Positions 35,533 through 45,321 of a stretch of 64,000 nt of DNA are shown one piece after another. Each line of letters starts with the position of its first letter. Positions within the stretch are counted from its first letter, which is position 1. Made by a program: the position numbers and the translations under genes. The DNA comes from Phycisphaerae bacterium (GTDB taxonomy: Bacteria; Planctomycetota; Phycisphaerae; SM23-33): NCBI GenBank assembly GCA_011050235.1, contig DRGC01000022.1:128827-192826 (forward strand). Reading direction: 5' to 3'. The notes under the pieces were generated by a model. The model did no database searches. It saw only the letters and a program-made list of their open reading frames with translations, and was not told the origin of the DNA.

Positions 35533-38331
35533 ATGCGACGCATGGCTTCAGCTTCCCTCATCGTATTGACCCTCTGTCTTTCGCTGGCTGTCCCAGCCAA
35601 CGCCCAGATGGCCGCCGGGCCCGAGTTCGGCCGCAAGGTCGACGAGTCCATCAAACTGGCCCAGGAGTTTCTGCTGTCGCTGCAGAACCTCCAGAAGAAA
35701 CACAGCAAGTCCGGCAGTTGGGAGGACCCGCCGTTTCCGAATCACGCCGACAAGAACCCCGGCTTGACGGCCTTGATTACCTACGCCCTGCTGGAGAGTG
35801 GCATCAACCCGCAGGACCTCCGCATGAAAGCGGCGATCAAGTACCTGGGCAAGACCAGGACCACCAAGACCTATGCGGTCGGACTGCGAGCCAACGTCTG
35901 GTACTCAGCCAACCGAAAGACGAACGACCGATATCTGCGCGCCCTCAAGCACGACGCCGGCCTGCTGTCCAAGGGGCTCATCAACGGCACCTTCGGCTAC
36001 GATCCAGGCGCGGGCAATGACTGGGACCACTCCAATGCACAGTACGGTGTGCTGGGCATGTGGGCCGTCACGCTCAATGGTCTGGACATTCCCACAAAGT
36101 ACTGGCGAAGCGTGATGAACCACTGGAAGAGATACCAGTTGGCCGGCGGCGGGTGGGGATATGACAGCGTCGCCACCGGGGAATACTATGGCCGGCGAAT
36201 GCAGCCCACCATGTCGGTCGGCGGCCTGGCGACGCTCTACATCTGCGTCGACAACCTGCCCTCCCCTCCGTCGGTGATCAACTGCACCGGAGGCCAACTC
36301 GACCCGTCCATCCAAAGGGCCCTCGCCTGGCTGGATAAGAACTTCCGACAGACCATGCTCGCGCCCGATAAGGGCACGATGGTGTGGCACTATTACTACA
36401 TCTACGGTGTCGAACGCGCCGCGCTGGCCAGCGGGTACAAGTATTTCGGCAACGAGGACTGGTACCGATTCGGCGCGTCGATGCTGATAAAACGACAGAT
36501 AAAAAGCGACGTGGGCGTCGCCATTGGCAACAGACAAGTCAACCTCAAAGGCTCGTGGAACGGCTACGATCATACGACGCTCGACAAGCAGATCACCCGC
36601 AACTACGCAGGGGGCAAGATCCAGCTCGGCGCCATCGAGGCCGACACCGCCTTCGCCCTGCTGTTCCTGCTTCGCGGCAAGCAGCCCGTGCTGTTCAACA
36701 AGCTCCAGTTCAACGGCGACTGGGACAATCGCCCGCGAGACCTGGCGTCCCTAACGCGATGGATCAGCAAGAAGCTCGAATCCGACGTCAACTGGCAGAT
36801 CATTCGCATGGACACCCCTGTCTCCGAATGGCGCGATGCGCCGTTCATCTACATCTCCGGCAACAGGGCGCTGCCGCTAGGTCCGGGCGCCCCGCCCCCG
36901 ATCATCCCGGGCGCCGCCCCCGGCGCGGCGCCGCCCCCGCCGGCGGGTGTCTTCGACCAGGAGACCATGGAGAAACTGCGCACCTACGTCAACCAGGGCG
37001 GCACGATCCTCAGTGTCACCGAGCACAACGGCCCGCAGTTCACAACATCCATCCGCCAGTTCTACAAGACGTTGTTCCCCAAGTATGAGCTGATCGAGTG
37101 CCCGCCCGACCACCCGATCTACACCTGCAACTACAAGCTCAAGCCCGGCAAGCCCACGTTCTTTATCGTCAGCAACGGCATCCGTCCGCTGGCGATCCAC
37201 ACCGACTCGGACCTGGCTGTGCATTGGGAAACGCGCGCCTATGAGAGCCAGAAATGGGCTTTCGAGGCCGCCACCAACCTCGTCCTGTACGTCATCGACA
37301 GCATGGAGAACCTGCCCTACCGGGCCACGAATACCTGGCTGTCGGCCCCGGATATCCCCGGCCTGGGCGAAGGCGATGGCGGCCGCCGACCTGTCGCCGT
37401 CGGCGGGGGCGGTGGAGGCGGAGGCGCCGCGGCCGGCCCGGTCGATTGGATCTATATACTCACGGCTGATGGCAAGAGTTATCGGCCGGCCGATGGCAAG
37501 TTTGCCGGCATGCAGGCCGCCGACGGCACCCAGATTCCCCGGCCCACCGATCCGGGGCGCGTGACCGTCGTCACCCCCGAAGGCCTGAGGATCAGCATCC
37601 CCGAGAGCCTGCTGAACACACAGCTCATGAAGCCCGATAAAAGCGGGACCTTCCTCGCCCAGCGGAGCGGCGGGGCCGCCTCGCCCTCCGCGCCGCAGGC
37701 GCCCGCGGCGGCGCAGGCCTTCGCAGGCGGCAGCGCCACGATCGTGCGACTCAAGCACGGCGGCAACTACGACCCCGAACCGCTGGCCTATCAGCGATTC
37801 GTCCACCTGATGCGCGAAAGGGCCGCCACCAACGTCAACGTCCTCGGGCCCATCGCCATCACGCAACTACCCAATTACACCGGCAAGCTGGCGGTCCTGA
37901 CCGGCACGGAAACGCTGAACCTCTCCGCCCAGGAAATGGACGCGATCAAGAAGCACGTTGTCAGCGGCGGGACGATCTTCATCGACGCCGGCGGCGGCTC
38001 GGAGACCTTCGACGAGAGCGTCAAGAGTATGCTGAGGAAGATGTTCCCCGACGATGACCTCAAGACGCTGGCCGGCGCCTCGCCGGTGTACAACATCCCC
38101 AATGCGACGATCGGGCGGGTCCGTTTCCGCTCGGTGACGCGGCGATTCATCAAGAGCTCCCGCCCGCAACTGAAGGCGCTCCTGTTCAAGGACCGGCCGG
38201 GCGTCATCTACAGCCGCGAGGACGTCACCGGCGGGCTGGTCGGCTATCCCTCGCGCGCCGTCGACGGGTATGACCCCGTGTCGGCCTTTCGGATCATGCG
38301 CAACGTCGTGCTGTTCGCCGGCAGGAATTAG
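35533..38331 (+). CDS. Large secreted protein, paralog 2 (same architecture as paralog 1, plus Gly/Ala/Pro-rich linkers and an extra ~330-aa C-terminal domain)
   Basis: Start at MRRMASASLIVLTLCLSLAVPANAQ with an AGGAGAG RBS. Shared blocks with paralog 1: LTALITYALLESG, WDHSNAQYGVLGMW, GGGWGYDS, KQPVLFNKLQFNGDWDNRPRDLASLTRW, ECPPDHPIY, RPLAIHTDSDL. Poly-G/A/P linkers at about aa 440-470, 610-630 and 720-740. Confidence 0.65.
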   Translation: MRRMASASLIVLTLCLSLAVPANAQMAAGPEFGRKVDESIKLAQEFLLSLQNLQKKHSKSGSWEDPPFPNHADKNPGLTALITYALLESGINPQDLRMKAAIKYLGKTRTTKTYAVGLRANVWYSANRKTNDRYLRALKHDAGLLSKGLINGTFGYDPGAGNDWDHSNAQYGVLGMWAVTLNGLDIPTKYWRSVMNHWKRYQLAGGGWGYDSVATGEYYGRRMQPTMSVGGLATLYICVDNLPSPPSVINCTGGQLDPSIQRALAWLDKNFRQTMLAPDKGTMVWHYYYIYGVERAALASGYKYFGNEDWYRFGASMLIKRQIKSDVGVAIGNRQVNLKGSWNGYDHTTLDKQITRNYAGGKIQLGAIEADTAFALLFLLRGKQPVLFNKLQFNGDWDNRPRDLASLTRWISKKLESDVNWQIIRMDTPVSEWRDAPFIYISGNRALPLGPGAPPPIIPGAAPGAAPPPPAGVFDQETMEKLRTYVNQGGTILSVTEHNGPQFTTSIRQFYKTLFPKYELIECPPDHPIYTCNYKLKPGKPTFFIVSNGIRPLAIHTDSDLAVHWETRAYESQKWAFEAATNLVLYVIDSMENLPYRATNTWLSAPDIPGLGEGDGGRRPVAVGGGGGGGGAAAGPVDWIYILTADGKSYRPADGKFAGMQAADGTQIPRPTDPGRVTVVTPEGLRISIPESLLNTQLMKPDKSGTFLAQRSGGAASPSAPQAPAAAQAFAGGSATIVRLKHGGNYDPEPLAYQRFVHLMRERAATNVNVLGPIAITQLPNYTGKLAVLTGTETLNLSAQEMDAIKKHVVSGGTIFIDAGGGSETFDESVKSMLRKMFPDDDLKTLAGASPVYNIPNATIGRVRFRSVTRRFIKSSRPQLKALLFKDRPGVIYSREDVTGGLVGYPSRAVDGYDPVSAFRIMRNVVLFAGRN

Positions 38332-38423
38332 TCGGCGACGCATCGCTGGATCCCGCGAGCACACACACGCTCGTGGGCCATTGGCCGTTGCCCGCCGGGC
38401 CGCGCTGTGCTCTACTGAGGCCC

Positions 38424-38579
38424 ATGGATGTCAACATCGTCATCGGGTGCATCCTGCTGGTCGTCGTCGTGGTGTTGCTGGTGGTCCTGACGTTCTGGTG
38501 CCGACGCCGCATCGAACGGATCGCCCACTCTCGCGGCCGATCCGCCCGCGAGATCGAAAAGGCCCTCCACAGTGAGTAG
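38424..38579 (+). CDS. Tiny hypothetical membrane protein (about 51 aa), translationally coupled to the downstream permease
   Basis: MDVNIVIGCILLVVVVVLLVVLTFWCRRRIERIAH...: a single strong TM helix followed by a basic tail. Its stop TAG overlaps the permease GTG start (GTGAGTAG). An alternative upstream start at 38373 is possible. Confidence 0.35.
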   Translation: MDVNIVIGCILLVVVVVLLVVLTFWCRRRIERIAHSRGRSAREIEKALHSE

Positions 38580-40887
38580 CGACCCCGCGCCCTCCGCAGC
38601 CGGCGCGCCCGCGCCCGGCGCCCCCCCCGTTGCCGGCGAACTCTCGCGCGATCTGAAGCTGTTTCACGTCATCATGATGGGCTTGGGCATGATGATCGGC
38701 GCCGGCGTGTTTGTGGGCATCGGCATTTCCGTTCGCGGGGCCGGCCCCGGCGGGCTGCTGCTGACGTTCGCACTCAACGGGTTGATCGCGCTGTTTACGG
38801 CGATGAGTTTCGCCGAGCTTTCCTCGGCCATTCCGCGCGCGGGCGGGGCCTACAACTTCGCCCGCATCGGCTTCGGCCGGGGGGCGAGCTTCATCGCCGG
38901 CTGGACCGAATGGTTCGCCAGCGCCTTGGCCGGGGCGTTCTATGCGGTGGTCTTCGCCACGTTCACGTTGAGCTTCCTCAACGGAATGTTCGGCTGGGAT
39001 CTAAGCGCGGACCAGCAGCAGGGAGTCGTCAAAATCATCGCCGTCGCAGCCGCCGCCACGTTTGTCTACATCAACTACCGCGGTTCGAGCGAGACCGCCA
39101 AGATCGGCGCCATCTTCACCGTGCTGCAGATGCTGTTGGTCGCCGGGATCGGCGTCACCGGCATCGTCACGGCCTTTGTCCGGCCCGAGCGGCTGGCCAA
39201 CTTCCAGCCCTTCCTGACCGATGACGGGTGGTGGAAGCTGCTGGGCACAATGGGCGTGATCTACGTCGCCTTCGAGGGTTTCGAGGTGATCGCCCAGGCC
39301 GGCGACGAGACCGTCGCCCCCAAACGCAACCTGCCCAAGGCGATGCTCTATTCGGTTCTGATCGTCACGGTGACGTATCTGGCCGTGGCTTTCGCATCGG
39401 TGGTGGCGATTCGATCGGCCGATGGCGGAATGGCCGCCTACGCCACGGCCACCGAGCAAGGGGGCAAGCCGTTCTTCACCGCCGCCGTCGAGCAGTTGAT
39501 TCCGTTCCGTGGGGTCGGCGGGGCGCTGGTGGCGCTGGCGGTGATCTTCTCGGCGACCTCGGCCCTGAACGCGACGATCTACTCGGCCACCCGCGCGTCG
39601 TTCGCCCTCGGGCGCGACGGCATGTTGCCGCCGGCATTCGCCCGCATCTCCACCCGCCGCAAGACGCCCTATGTGGCGCTGACGTTCACAGCCGTGATCG
39701 TGCTGACCGCTTCGGTGCTGATGAACCCCGTACACGGGGCCGCCACCGCCAGCATGATGTTCCTGTGCCTGTTCTTCATGGTGAACCTCTGCGTCATTCG
39801 CATTCGCCTGAACATGGGCGACGAGTTGGAATACGGCTTCATCATGCCGCTGTTCCCGCTGTTTCCTATCCTGGCCATCGTCTGCCAGATCGCCCTGGCC
39901 GGCGGCATCTTCGCCGAGAGCAAGGCGGCCGTCCTCATCGCCGCCATATGGGTGCCCGCCGGCGTGCTGTTCTATCTGCTCTATGCCCGCAAGCGCGCCC
40001 CGGCCGCCGACCACGAAATCCACGTCTTCGAAGAGGCCCCCGAGCCCAAGGGAGACGACTATCGCATCATGGTCTCCGTCGCCAACCCGGCCAACGCGCT
40101 GGAGATGGTCCGCATGACCTACCGCCTCGCCGGCGCCAAGTCGGCCCGCGTGCAACTGCTGCACATGGTGCCCGTCCCGCCCAACGTCCCGCTGCGCGAC
40201 GCCCACAAATACATGCTCGCCGGACGCGAGGCCATAACCGAGACGCTCCTGTACCTCGCGCCGATGTTCCCCATCACCACGACCATGCGGTACTGCCGCA
40301 ACATCGCTCGCGGCATCCTCAGCGCCGTGCGGGACAAGCACGTCGATCTCCTGATCCTGGGCTGGCACGGCCGGAGGCCCGGCAAGGTGTTCCGCCTCGG
40401 CAGCACGATCGATCCGATCATCGAACGCTGTCCGTGCAACGTGCTCGTGCTCAAGAACTGCGGCGGCAACCGCGAGTTCGCTCGCGTGCTCGTGCCCATC
40501 GGCGGCGGCCCCTACAGCGCCTACGCGCTGGAGATGGCCACCATCTTCGCCGAGCAGGAGACCGGCCAGGTCACCGCCCTGACGGTCGCACGCCCCGGCG
40601 ATGAGCCCATGGATCTGGACGAGTTCATCCGCGACCACGCCGACCGCCTCGCCCTGCCGCCCGAGCGGATCACCCCGCGCGTCGTCGAGTCCAACGACGT
40701 CGCCGGCGCCATTCTCGCCGAAGCGGCCGAGCACGATCTCGTCATCCTCGGCTGCACCCGCGAGCCGCTGCTCCACCAGGTGACCCGCGCCTCCCTGCCT
40801 GACCTGATCGCCCAACGCTGCGACAAACCCCTCGTAATGGTCAAAGCCTCCGGCGGCATCCGATCCTGGATCAAACGCTGGATCTAA
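38572..40887 (+). CDS. APC-family amino acid permease fused to C-terminal tandem universal stress protein (UspA) domains
   Basis: N-terminal ~480 aa with about 12 TM helices, including LKLFHVIMMGLGMMIGAGVFVGIG (the APC signature region). The C-terminal ~280 aa carry two Usp-like alpha/beta units (ARVQLLHMVPVP..., EFARVLVPIGGGPYSAYALEMA...). Confidence 0.75.
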   Translation: MSSDPAPSAAGAPAPGAPPVAGELSRDLKLFHVIMMGLGMMIGAGVFVGIGISVRGAGPGGLLLTFALNGLIALFTAMSFAELSSAIPRAGGAYNFARIGFGRGASFIAGWTEWFASALAGAFYAVVFATFTLSFLNGMFGWDLSADQQQGVVKIIAVAAAATFVYINYRGSSETAKIGAIFTVLQMLLVAGIGVTGIVTAFVRPERLANFQPFLTDDGWWKLLGTMGVIYVAFEGFEVIAQAGDETVAPKRNLPKAMLYSVLIVTVTYLAVAFASVVAIRSADGGMAAYATATEQGGKPFFTAAVEQLIPFRGVGGALVALAVIFSATSALNATIYSATRASFALGRDGMLPPAFARISTRRKTPYVALTFTAVIVLTASVLMNPVHGAATASMMFLCLFFMVNLCVIRIRLNMGDELEYGFIMPLFPLFPILAIVCQIALAGGIFAESKAAVLIAAIWVPAGVLFYLLYARKRAPAADHEIHVFEEAPEPKGDDYRIMVSVANPANALEMVRMTYRLAGAKSARVQLLHMVPVPPNVPLRDAHKYMLAGREAITETLLYLAPMFPITTTMRYCRNIARGILSAVRDKHVDLLILGWHGRRPGKVFRLGSTIDPIIERCPCNVLVLKNCGGNREFARVLVPIGGGPYSAYALEMATIFAEQETGQVTALTVARPGDEPMDLDEFIRDHADRLALPPERITPRVVESNDVAGAILAEAAEHDLVILGCTREPLLHQVTRASLPDLIAQRCDKPLVMVKASGGIRSWIKRWI

Positions 40888-41011
40888 CCCCGCTTGCGAT
40901 TGATTCATGCGCCCGGGCGGCAGATTGCCGAACCGTTTGAAATCCTCCCGGCCGGGCGGTACAAGAAAGCGTCGCAAGACAGGACCCGCGGCCTGGAAAT
41001 GATGTGAGGAT

Positions 41012-42217
41012 TTGACTGTGAGCATTCAGATTGCCGATCGTGTCGCTCGCCTGGGGACCGAGACCGCCTTTGCCGTCTCCGCCGAGGCCGCCGCCTTCGC
41101 CGCCCGGGGCAACAAGATCTACCCGTTCCACCTGGGCGACATGAACATCATCACCCCCGCCAACATCATCGAGGCCGCCCACAAGGCGATGATCGACGGC
41201 AAGACGGGGTACTGCTCCAACTTCGGCATTGCGCCGCTGCGCGAGGCGCTGGCGGCCGACATCAACGCCTCGCACACCGCGGACTACACGATCGACAACG
41301 TCGCCATCCAGCCGGGCGGCAAGCCTGTCATCGGCAAGTTTATCCTGGCGATGATGAACCCCGGCGACGAGGTGCTCTACCCCAACCCGGGCTACCCGAT
41401 CTATGAATCGATGATCGAGTTCCACGGCGGCAAGGCGCTGGCCTACGGCTACACCGAGGGGGAGGAGAACTACCGGATCGACATCGCCGGCCTGCGACGG
41501 CTGATCTCGCCGAAGACCAAACTGCTGATCATCAACGACCTGCAGAACCCCACCGGGGCCGAATGCTCCGACCAGGAGTACGATGCCCTTCGCCAGATCG
41601 TCCTCGAAAACGACCTGACCGTGCTGGTCGACGAGGCCTACTTCGACATCCGCTACGAAGGCGCCAGCCGCTCGTTCGCCTCCCTCCCGGATATGGCCGA
41701 GCGCTGCCTGATCCTCTACACGTTCGCCAAGAAATTCGCCATGACGGGCTGGCGGCTTGGGGCGGCCGTCGGGCCCACCGAAATCGTCGATGTCATCGCC
41801 AAGCTGAACGTCAACGATGAGTCCTGCTCGAACCACTTCAACCAGTACGGCGCGATCGAGGCGCTCACCGGCGATCAGTCCGGCGCCGAGACAATTCTCG
41901 AAATCCTGAAAGAGCGGCGCGACGTCACTGTCGACGGCCTCAACGCCATCGACGGCGTGCACTGCTTCTGCCCCCACGCGACGTTCTACCTGTTCCCCAA
42001 CGTCACCGACCTGATGAAGCGCCGCGGCTTCGACGACTACGACGCCTTCCGCCGCGACGCCCTGGAAGCGACAGGCGTATCCTTCTGCACACGGCTGCAC
42101 TTCGGCCGGGCCCTGCCGGGCGAGACCAACCGCTACATCCGCTTCGCCTATTCCGGCATCGACGTTCCAGATATCCGCGACGGGCTGGCCAAGCTGAAAG
42201 CGTACTGGGACAGCTAA
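41012..42217 (+). CDS. PLP-dependent aminotransferase, class I (aspartate aminotransferase family)
   Basis: 401 aa; NPGYPIY, NDLQNPTG and the YTFAKKFAMTGWRLG block containing the PLP-binding lysine. Confidence 0.8.
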   Translation: MTVSIQIADRVARLGTETAFAVSAEAAAFAARGNKIYPFHLGDMNIITPANIIEAAHKAMIDGKTGYCSNFGIAPLREALAADINASHTADYTIDNVAIQPGGKPVIGKFILAMMNPGDEVLYPNPGYPIYESMIEFHGGKALAYGYTEGEENYRIDIAGLRRLISPKTKLLIINDLQNPTGAECSDQEYDALRQIVLENDLTVLVDEAYFDIRYEGASRSFASLPDMAERCLILYTFAKKFAMTGWRLGAAVGPTEIVDVIAKLNVNDESCSNHFNQYGAIEALTGDQSGAETILEILKERRDVTVDGLNAIDGVHCFCPHATFYLFPNVTDLMKRRGFDDYDAFRRDALEATGVSFCTRLHFGRALPGETNRYIRFAYSGIDVPDIRDGLAKLKAYWDS

Positions 42218-42248
42218 TCGCCCCCGCCACTCGGGGCCGGACAATTCA

Positions 42249-43397
42249 ATGAGCGACACGGCCGCCAACGAGTTGCTTCGAACGCCTTTGCACGGTTGTC
42301 ACGTCGCGCTCGCCGCCAAGCTCGTCGATTTCGCCGGGTGGGAGATGCCCGTCCAGTATCCCACCGGCCCCGTCGCCGAACACCTGGCCACGCGCAAGGG
42401 AGCGGGCCTGTTCGATGTCTCTCACATGGGCCGGTTCAGCGTTGTCGGGCCCGGCGCACTGGCGTTTCTGCGACACGCCCTGACCAACGACGCCGCCGCC
42501 CTGGCCGAATGGTCCGCACAGTACACCCTCATCGCCACGCCGACCGGCGGCGCTGTCGACGACGCGTTTGTCTATCGCAAGGCGGCAGACGAGTATCTGC
42601 TGGTCGTCAACGCCGCCAATCGCGCTAAGGACTGGGCGCATCTCCAAGGTCTGCTTGCCGCCGGCGAGTTCGGCGAGGTCAACCTGACCGACGTAACGCA
42701 CGAGATCGCGATGCTCGCCCTGCAAGGCCCGGCCTCGCAGGAGATGCTCGCGGCGCGGCTGACCGACGGCGCTTTGCCCCAAGCCAAGCGCAACGCCGCC
42801 GGCCAGGCTCATCTCGCCGGCGCAACCGCCCTCATCACCCGCACGGGCTACACCGGCGAGCCGGTTTGCTTTGAGTTATTCTTCCCAGCCGCTCAGGCCG
42901 AGACCGTCTGGGACGCCCTGGTCGAAGCGGGCGCGACACCGGTGGGCCTGGCAGCAAGAGACACGTTGCGGCTGGAGGCGGCCTTGCCGCTGTACGGCCA
43001 CGAACTCGGCCTCGACGCCGACGGCAAGGAGATCCCCATCCTGGCGTCTCCGGCGTCACGGCTGGGCGTTGACCTGTCGACCGAACGGGCCTTCGTCGGC
43101 CGAGCAGCCATCGAAGCCCAGCAACAAGCCCTGCCGAGACGCATTCGCCCGATCGCACTGACCGGGCGCGGCGTGGCCCGCCAAGGCGCCGCGATCAGCC
43201 AAGGAGGCCGGCCCGTCGGCGTCGTCACCAGCGGCACGATGGTCCCGGTGGCGTTGGCCGAAGCTGGCAAACATGACTTCCGGGCCATTGCGCTGGCTTA
43301 CGTTGACGGTCGCCTCGTCGAAGGCGACAACGTCAGCGTCGACGTGCGCGGCAAGGACGTCTCAGCCGTCGTCGTTGCCGGCCATCTAGGACGCTGA
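42249..43397 (+). CDS. gcvT: Glycine cleavage system T protein (aminomethyltransferase)
   Basis: N-terminal TPLHGCHVALAAKLVDFAGWEMPVQY and GLFDVSHMGRF, both GcvT hallmarks. Confidence 0.9.
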   Translation: MSDTAANELLRTPLHGCHVALAAKLVDFAGWEMPVQYPTGPVAEHLATRKGAGLFDVSHMGRFSVVGPGALAFLRHALTNDAAALAEWSAQYTLIATPTGGAVDDAFVYRKAADEYLLVVNAANRAKDWAHLQGLLAAGEFGEVNLTDVTHEIAMLALQGPASQEMLAARLTDGALPQAKRNAAGQAHLAGATALITRTGYTGEPVCFELFFPAAQAETVWDALVEAGATPVGLAARDTLRLEAALPLYGHELGLDADGKEIPILASPASRLGVDLSTERAFVGRAAIEAQQQALPRRIRPIALTGRGVARQGAAISQGGRPVGVVTSGTMVPVALAEAGKHDFRAIALAYVDGRLVEGDNVSVDVRGKDVSAVVVAGHLGR

Positions 43398-43570
43398 GGA
43401 CCTATAGGTAACCACCGTAATCGGTCGTGACGCTGACATCACCGAGAAGGTACAATCGTTCCGCGGGCGTTTCCGGGAACCTGGATTTCGCTTCAACGAA
43501 AACCCATACGCCGATCGGATTCAGCCGTTGCACGAATTGTTGTAACCGCCGCTGACAGGCCAGGAGCACA

Positions 43571-43966
43571 ATGATGAACATTCCCGATGATCTGAATTAC
43601 ACCGAGCAGCACGAATGGGTGCGCTTCGCCGACGGCGTGGCGACGGTCGGCATCAGCGACTTCGCCCAGGACGCATTCGGCGACCTGGTCTTTGTGGACC
43701 TGCCGCCGCTGGACAAGGAGTTCGTCAGAGGCGACGAGGTCATCGCGATGGAGTCGACCAAGGCAGCCGCCAGCGTCTACGCGCCCGTCAGTGGGAAGGT
43801 CGTCGAGGTCAACGAGCGCCTCGTCGACGACCCGGGGCTGGTCAACAGCGACTGCTACGGCGAAGGCTGGATGTTCAAACTGGCCGCGCCCGACCCGGCC
43901 GGACTGGACGACCTGATGGACGCCGCCGGTTACGAGGCGTTCCTGACCGGGCTGGAAGAAGACTAG
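43571..43966 (+). CDS. gcvH: Glycine cleavage system H protein (lipoyl carrier)
   Basis: YTEQHEWVR...VGISDFAQD...IAMESTKAASVYAPVSG, the lipoyl-lysine context ESTKA. Confidence 0.9.
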   Translation: MMNIPDDLNYTEQHEWVRFADGVATVGISDFAQDAFGDLVFVDLPPLDKEFVRGDEVIAMESTKAAASVYAPVSGKVVEVNERLVDDPGLVNSDCYGEGWMFKLAAPDPAGLDDLMDAAGYEAFLTGLEED

Positions 43967-43986
43967 CGCCTCGAAGAGGCCGCGAC

Positions 43987-45321
43987 ATGCCATTTATCCC
44001 GCACACCGATGCAGACCGGGCCGAGATGCTGGCCGCCATTGGCGTCGACAGCATCGACGCCCTGTTCGCCGACATCCCGCCCGAGCTGCGCTGCGGCGAG
44101 CTGAACGTCGCCCCCGGGCAAAGCGAGCAGGAAGTCTTCGCCCGGATGCAGCAGTTGGCCTCCCGCAACGCGACGGACCTGACGCTGTTTCTGGGCGGCG
44201 GGTTCTACGATCACTACGTCCCAGCCGCCGTCGACGCGGTGATCACCCGCAGCGAGTTCTACACCGCCTACACGCCCTATCAGCCCGAAGCCAGCCAGGG
44301 CACGCTGCAGACGATCTACGAATACCAGTCCGCCCTCTGTCGCCTCACCGACATGGAGGTCGCCAACGCGTCGCTCTACGACGGCGGGACGGCCCTGTAC
44401 GAGGCGGTGATGATGGCCCTGCGCATCACGGGCCGAAACCGCGTCATCGTCGACGAGGGCGTCAGCCCCATCTACCGCACGATGCTGCGGAGCTATACGA
44501 CCAACCTCGGCATCGAGCTGAACGAAATCCCCACCTCCCGCGGCCGGGCCGACCGCGAGCAGATCCACGAAGTCCTCGGCGACAACACCGCCGCGGTCGT
44601 GCTGGCCAACCCGAACTTCTTCGGCTGCCTGGACGACTTGACCGAACTCGGTGAGGCAATCCACGAGCACGGCGCGCTGATGATTGTCTCGACCTATCCG
44701 ATCGCCCTCGGCCTGGTCAAGACGCCCGGCGCGATGGGGGCCGACATCGTCACCGGCGAAGGCCAGTCGCTGGGCCTGCCGCTATCGTTCGGCGGGCCGT
44801 ACCTGGGCTTCATGACCAGCCTCACAAAGCACGTCCGCAAGATGCCGGGCCGCATTTGCGGCCGGACCGTCGACGCCAAGGGCCGCGAGGGCTTCGTCCT
44901 GACGCTGCAGGCCCGCGAGCAGCACATCCGGCGCGAAAAGGCTACGTCGAATATCTGCACCAACCAGAATCTCTGCGCCCTGACCGCCCTGGTGTACCTG
45001 TCGCTGCTGGGCAAACAGGGGCTGGTCCAGCTCGCCCAGGTGTGCGCCGACAAGGCCCACTACGCCTACGAGCGGCTGATCGCGATCCGCAACGTCCGCA
45101 TGCGGTTCCCGGGCCGATGGTTCTTCAACGAGTTCGTCCTCGAGCTTCCCTCGCCAGCCAAGGTCGTCATCAGCCATCTACTGGAGCGCGGCATCGCGGC
45201 CGGCTTCCCGCTGAGCCGCTATTACGACGGCATGGACAACTGCCTCCTGCTGGCCGTCACCGAGACACGAACGAAAGAGCAGATCGACCGCCTCGCCAGC
45301 GCCGTGGAGGCATCGCTATGA
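43987..45321 (+). CDS. gcvPA: Glycine dehydrogenase (decarboxylating) subunit 1
   Basis: MPFIPHTDADRAEMLAAIGV...FLGGGFYDHYVPAAVD...YTPYQPEASQGTLQ. The track ORF over-extends 5' to 43615. Confidence 0.9.
   Translation: MPFIPHTDADRAEMLAAIGVDSIDALFADIPPELRCGELNVAPGQSEQEVFARMQQLASRNATDLTLFLGGGFYDHYVPAAVDAVITRSEFYTAYTPYQPEASQGTLQTIYEYQSALCRLTDMEVANASLYDGGTALYEAVMMALRITGRNRVIVDEGVSPIYRTMLRSYTTNLGIELNEIPTSRGRADREQIHEVLGDNTAAVVLANPNFFGCLDDLTELGEAIHEHGALMIVSTYPIALGLVKTPGAMGADIVTGEGQSLGLPLSFGGPYLGFMTSLTKHVRKMPGRICGRTVDAKGREGFVLTLQAREQHIRREKATSNICTNQNLCALTALVYLSLLGKQGLVQLAQVCADKAHYAYERLIAIRNVRMRFPGRWFFNEFVLELPSPAKVVISHLLERGIAAGFPLSRYYDGMDNCLLLAVTETRTKEQIDRLASAVEASL

Noticed and set aside
43398-43570. 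Possible glycine riboswitch in the gcvT-gcvH spacer (CACCGAGAAGG resembles the ACCGAAGG core)
   Set aside because: No GGAGAG or CUCUGGAGAG elements, no tandem aptamer architecture, and there is a single-nucleotide insertion within the putative core. It needs a covariance-model scan, so it is not called.
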